DNA from: a bacterium
GTDB taxonomy: Bacteria; Margulisbacteria; Marinamargulisbacteria; JAHFDA01
DNA: 64,000 bases
Reading direction: 5' to 3'
Assembly: GCA_023249225.1 (NCBI GenBank)
Contig: JAHFDA010000007.1
Span: forward strand, 1,169 to 65,168
The stretch's first letter is position 1. The number at the start of each line of letters is the position of its first letter. Under the pieces are notes generated by a model. That model saw nothing but the letters and a program-made list of their open reading frames with translations. It was not told where the DNA came from and made no database searches. The position numbers were made by a program, and so were the translations under genes. Below are positions 57,151 through 64,000 of this stretch, piece after piece.

Positions 57151-57215
57151 CTGGATTTGAACCAGCGACCCCTGCGTCCCGAACGCAGTGCGCTACCAGG
57201 CTGCGCTACACGCCG
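57139..57215 (-). tRNA. tRNA-Pro(CGG)
   Basis: CGGCGTGTAGCGCAGCCTGGTAGCGCACTGCGTTCGGGACGCAGGGGTCGCTGGTTCAAATCCAGTCACGCCGACCA; 77 nt; TATAAT 9 nt upstream. Confidence 0.98.
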
Positions 57216-57272
57216 TGAGTAAGAATTATACGTTGGGATTACCAAAAAAGTCCTGTTAGAATCATCTGGCCC

Positions 57273-60056
57273 ATGAATCCATTAAAACTTCCACGGATGG
57301 TTTGGTTCGGTTTAGGGTTTTTTCTTTTGTACAGTTTCACTCGGGCCCTGTTGCGGCTGTATCCCGATTACCTGTGGTTTGACCAGCTGGGCTATGCCAG
57401 TGTGTTTATCAAGCGGTTTGGCGTCCAGTTGGCGCTGGGTTTGGCGGCCTTTGTGGTGTTTATGGCCTGGGCGTTTTTAAATTTGTGGTGGGCACGCCGC
57501 AATGTGGGCGAACGTAGTCCCGTCAGTGCGGGTTACCAGCGCTTTAAAGAATTTGAAAATGTCATTGAACTTGAAGAATTCCGCAGCAATGCCAACAAAC
57601 TTTGGCCTTGGATCTTTAAGGGGATGGTTTGGCTGGCATTGGCGGTGGCCTTCTTTTTTGCCTTGGGTGTCATGCAGTCCTGGCAGGATGTGCTCATGGC
57701 CCGGCATGCCAAAGCGTTTGGCATGGCTGATCCGGTTTTTCATAAGGATATTGGTTTTTATGTATTTCTTTGGCCAGTGTTGCGACGCCTGATTACCTAT
57801 GCGCAGGTTGCGGTAACCCTGGTTACCTTGGGGGTGGTATTTCTTTATATCACCATGGGCTTGTTTAACGCAGCGGCGCTGTTTACAAAACGCCCCAGTC
57901 GACCGGCAGCGGGCCCCATTGGAAAAGGCGTGGCCTGGCATCTGGCTACTTTGGTGGCGGTTTTTTTGCTTTTATGCGCCGCACAGACTTATTTGGGGCT
58001 TTTTGACATTTTGTTTTCTGTTCGTGGCGCAGTTTTTGGCGCTGCTTACGCCGATGTCCACGCTGATTTGATGGGTGGACGGGTGGTCATCGTGCTGCTT
58101 GTGGCAGCGGCCGTGGTAGCCCTGGTGTCGGCATGGACACGCCGTTTTACGTTGCTAGGCATGGCGCTTTTGGCGGTGTTGGCGGCCTGGATTGTCTTGC
58201 GCGGCGTTTACCCAGGCATGGTGCAGCAGTATGTGGTTAAGCCGGACGAGTTTAACAAAGAAAAAGAATACCTGATTCAAAACATCAAGCACACGCTTTA
58301 TGCCTATGGTTTGTCAAACGTGGTGGTGGCCGACTTTCCGGCGCAAGATAATTTGGATGCTGCTGCGCTGGCCCGGAACCAGGTGACCATCGAAAATATC
58401 CGCCTATGGGATAGTGGACCACTTCAAAAAACTTTTAAGCAACTTCAGGAGATCCGCCTGTACTACGATTTTATGGATGTCGATGTGGATCGTTATCAAA
58501 TTGGAAACCGCCTTCAACAAGTCATGTTGTCGGCCCGTGAGTTTAACCCGACCAACCTTTCGGACAAAGCCAAAACCTGGGTGAACCTGCACCTTACGTA
58601 TACGCACGGTTTTGGGGCGGTGGTGAGTCCGGTCAACCGGGTCAACCGCGAGGGTCTGCCCGAGTTTTATGTTAAAAACATTCCGCCCGAAACCGGGGTG
58701 GAGGAGTTCAAGTTAGAACGGCCTGAAATCTACTATGGCGAGGCACCATCGACCTATGCCTTTGTGAATGCCGCTGAAGATGAGTTTGACTATCCCATGG
58801 GCGATCAAAATCAGTACAGCCGTTATCATGGCCAGGGCGGGGTCAAGCTCGGAAATCTGTGGCAGCGCATCCTGCTGGCCTATGTGTTTGGCGATTTTAA
58901 AATTCTGATCAGTCCCTCGTTGCATGCCGAATCGCGCATTCTCTGGCGCCGCAACGTGCTTGAACGGGTACGGACGCTGGCCCCCTTTCTGCGCTGGGAA
59001 AACGACGCCTATCTGGTGATACACGGCGGCCGGCTGTGGTGGATACTGGATGGCTATACCATGTCATCTCATTTTCCATACAGCGAAAAGGTGGGGGAGG
59101 GCATCAACTATATTCGCAATCCGGTCAAAGCGGTGGTAGACGCATATGAGGGCAGTGTCGACTTTTATCTGCTCGATGATAAAGATCCGCTGGCACAGGC
59201 GGTTGACAGCGCTTATCCGGGCCTGCTTAAACCTTTTTCAGAGATGCCCGCCGGTTTACGTGCGCATGTGCGTTACCCGGTGGGTTTGTACAATATTCAA
59301 ACGTATATCTACGCCACATACCACATGCAGGATCCGCAGGTTTTTTATAACCGCGAGGACGTATGGGCGCTTCCGACCAAGGCCACATCATCCACCGACG
59401 AGGGGACATCGCAGCCTTTTTACGTCAACATGCGTCTGCCCGGAGAACAAAAAGACAGTTTTATTTTGCTGCGACCATTTACGCCGACCAACAAAAGCAA
59501 CATGATTGCGTGGATGGCGGCCCAGTGCAATCTTGAGGATTACGGACGTCTGCTGGTGTACAACTTTCCAAAACAAAAACAGGTGTTTGGCCCAGCCCAA
59601 ATTGAGGCCCGCATCAACCAGGATGCCTATATTTCACAGCAGTTGACCTTGTGGGATCAGGCTGGCAGCAATGTGATCCGTGGTGAACTGCTGGTGATTC
59701 CCATTGAAACATCGTTGCTGTATGTCGAACCCATTTACCTGCAGGCGACATCGGGACAACTGCCAGAGCTCAAGCGGGTAATCGTCGGCTACCAAAACAA
59801 CGTGGTGATGCGCGAAAAATTAAGCGAGGCGCTTAACGATATTTTTGCCTATCGGGTGTCTGACCAGGTCGAAACCGAAAAGTCCGCAGGGGCACCCGGA
59901 CGTGTGCCCCTGCGCACATCATCTGCACAGGCCGCCGATGCCTGGAGCCTGTACCAAAAGGCGCGTCAGGCCTTGCGGCAAGAAGATTTTGTGGCCTACG
60001 GCAAGGCCATGGAAGAACTAGGAAAAATTTTGCAGCAGATTAAAACGGGGAGATAA
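57273..60056 (+). CDS. UPF0182 family membrane protein
   Basis: DYLWFDQLGY, NIRLWD, YTHGFG, NYIRNPVKAVVDAYEG and LLYVEPIY motifs. Confidence 0.95.
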   Translation: MNPLKLPRMVWFGLGFFLLYSFTRALLRLYPDYLWFDQLGYASVFIKRFGVQLALGLAAFVVFMAWAFLNLWWARRNVGERSPVSAGYQRFKEFENVIELEEFRSNANKLWPWIFKGMVWLALAVAFFFALGVMQSWQDVLMARHAKAFGMADPVFHKDIGFYVFLWPVLRRLITYAQVAVTLVTLGVVFLYITMGLFNAAALFTKRPSRPAAGPIGKGVAWHLATLVAVFLLLCAAQTYLGLFDILFSVRGAVFGAAYADVHADLMGGRVVIVLLVAAAVVALVSAWTRRFTLLGMALLAVLAAWIVLRGVYPGMVQQYVVKPDEFNKEKEYLIQNIKHTLYAYGLSNVVVADFPAQDNLDAAALARNQVTIENIRLWDSGPLQKTFKQLQEIRLYYDFMDVDVDRYQIGNRLQQVMLSAREFNPTNLSDKAKTWVNLHLTYTHGFGAVVSPVNRVNREGLPEFYVKNIPPETGVEEFKLERPEIYYGEAPSTYAFVNAAEDEFDYPMGDQNQYSRYHGQGGVKLGNLWQRILLAYVFGDFKILISPSLHAESRILWRRNVLERVRTLAPFLRWENDAYLVIHGGRLWWILDGYTMSSHFPYSEKVGEGINYIRNPVKAVVDAYEGSVDFYLLDDKDPLAQAVDSAYPGLLKPFSEMPAGLRAHVRYPVGLYNIQTYIYATYHMQDPQVFYNREDVWALPTKATSSTDEGTSQPFYVNMRLPGEQKDSFILLRPFTPTNKSNMIAWMAAQCNLEDYGRLLVYNFPKQKQVFGPAQIEARINQDAYISQQLTLWDQAGSNVIRGELLVIPIETSLLYVEPIYLQATSGQLPELKRVIVGYQNNVVMREKLSEALNDIFAYRVSDQVETEKSAGAPGRVPLRTSSAQAADAWSLYQKARQALRQEDFVAYGKAMEELGKILQQIKTGR

Positions 60057-60091
60057 CGAGTGTAGTGCGTCTAACACTTCTTTACATATCA

Positions 60092-60191
60092 TGTCATTCC
60101 CGCCCCCGATCACAGTCGAGGGCAGGCTCCAGCGGGAATCCCAGACATAGTAGTTCTTACCAAGGAGATCCCCGCTTTCGCGGGGATGACA
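60092..60191. repeat. GTCATTCCCGC...GCGGGGATGAC palindromic (REP/RPE-like) element
   Basis: TGTCATTCCCGC...GCGGGAATCC...GATCCCCGC-TTTC-GCGGGGATGACA between convergent genes. Confidence 0.75.
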
Positions 60192-60217
60192 GTGTGGGCA
60201 AACAAATGCAAAGAGAC

Positions 60218-60595
60218 TTATGAGGATGTTCTTTCCAGAATCTGCGCTACTTTTTGGATGAGTTCCTCCGGTTCAAACGGTTTATGAATGGTGTATACCG
60301 CGTTGGTGTTGGTGGCAATATTTCCGGCCATCTGGGCCGTGGCGGTGACAAGAATAATGGGAATGTGCTGGGTGTCTGGGTCGCTCTTAAGCAGGGTGGT
60401 GGCCATGTGTCCGTTCATTTCGGGCATCAGTACATCCATTAATATCAGGTGTGGCCGATGGCGTTTGGCCATGGCCACGCCTTCTTCGCCATTGCGGGCC
60501 ACGAGTACCTGATAATCTTCCATGCCGAGCAACAGCTCCATCACACTGACGATCGACGGGTCGTCGTCTACGACTAAAATAGTTTGTCCGGTCAT
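60218..60595 (-). CDS. Single-domain response regulator
   Basis: ILVVDDD, MDVLMPEMNG and KPF motifs. Confidence 0.9.
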   Translation of the reverse strand: MTGQTILVVDDDPSIVSVMELLLGMEDYQVLVARNGEEGVAMAKRHRPHLILMDVLMPEMNGHMATTLLKSDPDTQHIPIILVTATAQMAGNIATNTNAVYTIHKPFEPEELIQKVAQILERTSS

Positions 60596-60667
60596 ACCTT
60601 GGCCTGCCACTGATTTTCCCAGGTCGAAACTCAATTAAACCATGCTTTTACAGGGTACAATAGCCCC

Positions 60668-61969
60668 GTGGCCAAACAAGCTGCCTCCACCGCCAAACAG
60701 GTTGAACGCGCGTTGATGTTTGGCGTCGATAGCGGCACAAACGAATTTGGTTTTAGCGCGCGTGAATCCATCCAGGAACTGTGTGATCTGGCAGCCACGG
60801 CAGGTCTGCAAGTCTGCGGCACGGATCTTCAGAAGCTGGACCAGCCTAAAACCGGCACCTACTTTGGTGCGGGCAAGGTGGCTGAATGGGCTGCGATGAT
60901 TCAAGGCTGCCGTGCCAATGTGGTGGTGGTGGACGATGAACTGCGCCCGGCCCAGCAGCGTTACCTTGAAGAATCATGGAATCTTAAAGTGATCGACCGG
61001 ACTATGTTGATTTTGGATATTTTTGCGCGGCGCGCACGCACCAGCGAAGCCAAACTACAAATTGAAATGGCGCAATTGGAGTATCTGTTTCCGCGCCTGA
61101 CGCGTATGTGGCAGCACTTTGGTCAGCAAAGCGGCGGTATTGGTGTGCGTGGTCCGGGCGAAACCCAGCTTGAGGTCGATCGGCGCCGAAACCGATTGCG
61201 CGTGGCGCAGTTAAAAAAACAACTGCAAAAAGTGCGTGGCAGCCGTGAGCTTTACCGCAACCGGCGCCAGGCCGTGCCCGTGCCGGTGGTAAGTCTGGTG
61301 GGTTATACCAATGCAGGCAAGTCCACCCTGTTTAATGCGCTGACCCAGGCTGCTGTGTTGGCTGAAGACAAACTTTTTGCCACGCTTGATCCCACCACGC
61401 GGCACATACGACTGGCCAACGGCCAAAAGATCTTGCTGACGGATACGGTCGGATTCATTCAAAAACTGCCGCATTCGCTCATCAGTGGTTTTCATGCCAC
61501 GCTCGAAGAAGTGACCCAGGCTGACCTGCTGGTGCACGTGGTGGATGCCTCGCATCCCAAGGCGCCTGACATGGTGCAGACGGTGTTAAAGGTGCTTGAA
61601 GACATTCACGCCATTGGGTTGCCCATGGTGCTGGTGGCCAACAAGGCCGACTGTGGCTTTCCGTATGCCTGGCAGGCTTTTATCAAAAAGCTGCGCATAC
61701 CTGTTTGCGCGGTTTCAGCGCTTAAAGCCAGCGGTCTCGAGCGTTTGGGCGCTACGTTGGCCGAGCAACTGCGGGCCTTTCGGGTACACGGCGTATTTTG
61801 CGTTCCGGCAGACGAAGGCGCCACCTTGGCCGAGCTTCAGTCGTGCGGTTCCTTAAAAATCACCCGCAGCGACGAGACGGGTGTGTGGCTCGAAGGATGG
61901 GTGGATAAAAAGGTGGCCAGTAAGTATCGGCGTTGGGAGATTGTGGCCATTCCCACGTCGTCGTCGTAG
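60668..61969 (+). CDS. hflX: GTPase HflX
   Basis: GPGETQLEVDRR, GYTNAGKS, LFATLD, DTVGFI and NKAD motifs. Confidence 0.96.
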   Translation: MAKQAASTAKQVERALMFGVDSGTNEFGFSARESIQELCDLAATAGLQVCGTDLQKLDQPKTGTYFGAGKVAEWAAMIQGCRANVVVVDDELRPAQQRYLEESWNLKVIDRTMLILDIFARRARTSEAKLQIEMAQLEYLFPRLTRMWQHFGQQSGGIGVRGPGETQLEVDRRRNRLRVAQLKKQLQKVRGSRELYRNRRQAVPVPVVSLVGYTNAGKSTLFNALTQAAVLAEDKLFATLDPTTRHIRLANGQKILLTDTVGFIQKLPHSLISGFHATLEEVTQADLLVHVVDASHPKAPDMVQTVLKVLEDIHAIGLPMVLVANKADCGFPYAWQAFIKKLRIPVCAVSALKASGLERLGATLAEQLRAFRVHGVFCVPADEGATLAELQSCGSLKITRSDETGVWLEGWVDKKVASKYRRWEIVAIPTSSS

Positions 61970-62000
61970 GGGCACGGCGCGCCGTGCCCCTACGACGACG
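61959..62000. repeat. Perfect 42-bp palindrome, GTAG-type REP
   Basis: CGTCGTCGTAGGGGCACGGC-GC-GCCGTGCCCCTACGACGACG. Confidence 0.85.
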
Positions 62001-64000
62001 GCATTGTTTTTCCCAGGGTCACCACCACCTGATGCCTGCCTCCATCGCCCACAAACGGAATAAACGGTTTATCCAGGATCTGTCCGTCAAGGGTAACCCG
62101 GTGAACACCACAGGTGACACCATGGGGATTATTGATTTCGATTTCATAAATATCGTTGCGAAAAGGTCGTATCAGGCGGCATTGTTTCCAAGCACAGGGC
62201 AGCACCGGGTGCACATGCAGTCCGTGCAGTTCGGGATGGATGCCAAGCATCCACTGGCTGATCAGCCACAGGGTTGCCCCGGCGCTGGCGGTCATCCAGC
62301 TAAAGCAGCCCATCCCGGTGTTGTACGGATGATCCGGTCCCACCAAAAACTGGGCCATCACATAAGGTTCGCTTTTGTAACGGTCATAATCGGCTTGTGT
62401 ATTAGGCAGGCTTTTTTGAAGCACCTGGTAGGCACTGTCGCCGCGATCCAGTTTAAAATTGGCGGCCAGCATAAAAATTTGCGCGTGAGTCATGATGCCA
62501 GCATTGTCTTTGACGCCCGGGCTAAACTTGGCAATGCGGCCGATGGTGGCGTCAAACAAAGTATAGGCCGGATAAAACAAGGTATAACCTTTTTCAACCT
62601 CCAGGTATTGGTCCACGTTCTTGAGCAGCGCAGCAATACGGTCATTGGGCACAATGTCTGATAGTACCGCCCAACTTTGCGTGTTCAGGTACAGCTTGCC
62701 TTCGGAGTTTTGAGCCGAGCCGATCGGCTGGCCTTCGTCGGTGTAGCCGCGCAGATACCATTCGCCGTCCCAACCGTGGCGGTTGATGCGTTCTGAAAGC
62801 CCATGAATCCACTGGGCGTAAGTTTCTACAATGTCTTCTTCGCCCAAAGCCTGCGCCAGTTCCATGGCAAAACGCAGGGCCCATACCAGGGCCATACTCA
62901 ACCACACCGATTCGCCCACGTGTTCGTCGCCTGCAAAATCCAGTGACTCATTCCAGTCGCCCATGCCCATGCGCGACAGGCCGTGTACCGAACTGTCGTG
63001 GTAAGAACAGTGCAATTGGGCTTTGATTTTTTCCCATAGGGTGCCATGGCCTTCGCTGCTGGCGTCTTGTTTCCAGTTGGGATCCTGTATGGTGCCAGCC
63101 TCACGCCAGGCATCTTTGAGCCAGGTGCTTTTTTCGTTTAAGAATTCTAAATCGCCGGTTTCCATGATGTACGCATGCATGGCGCTGACAAACCACACGG
63201 CATGGTCCTTGGTGGGCTGGGTGCCAAAAGGCCCGAAGAGATCCGACCAGCCCGGTGCGCAGGAACCATCGCGGCGGATCAGGGTGCTGATATGTTTTAA
63301 GCGTTTGCGCGCGGCGGTCGCATCCAGCAGCAGCATGGCTTCGGCATCATGGCAGGCATCGCGATAGCCGTGACCTGACAGGCCATCAAAATACAGGCTG
63401 GCGCTGCGGCTCCAAAAATGGTTGACCCAGGCCTGGTACTTAAACCATACATTGTACAGTTGATCCAGGTCTCCGTCTGGCGTGCTGATGCGCAAGGGCT
63501 GACCAATCACCCGTTGTTTCCACAAGGCCTGGGTCTGCTTAAGGGCTTTTTCGGCTGTGCTGACATCTTTGTAACGCCGCAGCAAGACTTCGGCCTCGGC
63601 CAGCGTTTGGGTTTGTCCCAGCACAAAGACGATGGTCTTGCGCTCGCCGCTTTTTAAGAAAAAATTATTTTGCAGCACGCCCACGGCTTCCTCGCCGTTG
63701 AGAAACGAGTTATAGCACTGGCCGTGTTCCAAAATGGCTTCGGGGCTGGCGACATTGTTAAAACGTCCCAGAAAGCGGGCCTTGTGGCAGTCAAAACCGT
63801 CTACCCGCGCCGAGCTTCCAAACAAACAGTAAAAACTAAACGGCGTTAAACGTTGTTTTTCAAAGTGCGAGGTTTTGCAGGCCACAATACCGCCGGTTTT
63901 TTCGTCATATTGGGCGCGGTTCCACATGACAGCTTCGTGGTGTATTAAGGTGTCGTCGACCGACCCCATAAACCATTCGGCATAGCCAAAAACCGAAAGG
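61990..64000 (-). CDS. GH94 (cellobiose/chitobiose phosphorylase-like) protein, 5'-truncated by window edge
   Basis: WSRSAS, GYRD, GDWNE, GESVW, WDGEWYLRGY and EPYV motifs; frame open to the window end. Confidence 0.88.
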   Translation of the reverse strand, partial: LSVFGYAEWFMGSVDDTLIHHEAVMWNRAQYDEKTGGIVACKTSHFEKQRLTPFSFYCLFGSSARVDGFDCHKARFLGRFNNVASPEAILEHGQCYNSFLNGEEAVGVLQNNFFLKSGERKTIVFVLGQTQTLAEAEVLLRRYKDVSTAEKALKQTQALWKQRVIGQPLRISTPDGDLDQLYNVWFKYQAWVNHFWSRSASLYFDGLSGHGYRDACHDAEAMLLLDATAARKRLKHISTLIRRDGSCAPGWSDLFGPFGTQPTKDHAVWFVSAMHAYIMETGDLEFLNEKSTWLKDAWREAGTIQDPNWKQDASSEGHGTLWEKIKAQLHCSYHDSSVHGLSRMGMGDWNESLDFAGDEHVGESVWLSMALVWALRFAMELAQALGEEDIVETYAQWIHGLSERINRHGWDGEWYLRGYTDEGQPIGSAQNSEGKLYLNTQSWAVLSDIVPNDRIAALLKNVDQYLEVEKGYTLFYPAYTLFDATIGRIAKFSPGVKDNAGIMTHAQIFMLAANFKLDRGDSAYQVLQKSLPNTQADYDRYKSEPYVMAQFLVGPDHPYNTGMGCFSWMTASAGATLWLISQWMLGIHPELHGLHVHPVLPCAWKQCRLIRPFRNDIYEIEINNPHGVTCGVHRVTLDGQILDKPFIPFVGDGGRHQVVVTLGKTMPSS

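Noticed and set aside
12001..62661. Long antisense or overlapping ORFs (e.g. 12001-, 4101-, 32077-, 32902-, 61933+)
   Set aside because: They shadow well-supported genes and show no family motifs.

Overview
A gene-dense chromosomal window from a diderm (LPS-making) bacterium. The gene mix (UPF0182, TIGR03960 radical SAM, Firmicute-like Pgi and Tig alongside lptC/lptA) suggests a deep-branching Terrabacteria lineage such as Margulisbacteria; this is inference only. 1-17 kb holds housekeeping and accessory genes: nadA, tig, moeB, a PfpI protein, a DUF368 protein, a cytochrome c-YceI-DUF5777 triad, and two RelE/ParE toxin-antitoxin pairs beside tRNA-Gly. About 13.7-47 kb is a large surface-glycan/LPS region with seven C-terminally extended GT9 paralogues, GT4, GT2 and GT-C enzymes, two ORF6N genes, decayed GT remnants and lptC-lptA. 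47-64 kb holds pgeF, an atypical TrxB-like flavoprotein, MarR/thioredoxin/ccdA, a radical SAM gene, LacI, pgi, tRNA-Pro, UPF0182, hflX and a GH94 gene. No transposase, integrase, cas or rRNA gene was seen. The most notable signals are: (1) a 73-bp tandem array behind tRNA-Pro in which every unit recreates the tRNA 3' end; (2) short inverted-repeat elements at the borders of duplicated GT-C/TPR and GT9 genes that supply start and stop codons; (3) a TrxB homologue lacking both CxxC and NADPH motifs; (4) pervasive leaderless-type gene starts. All family calls come from motif recognition by eye, not database searches.
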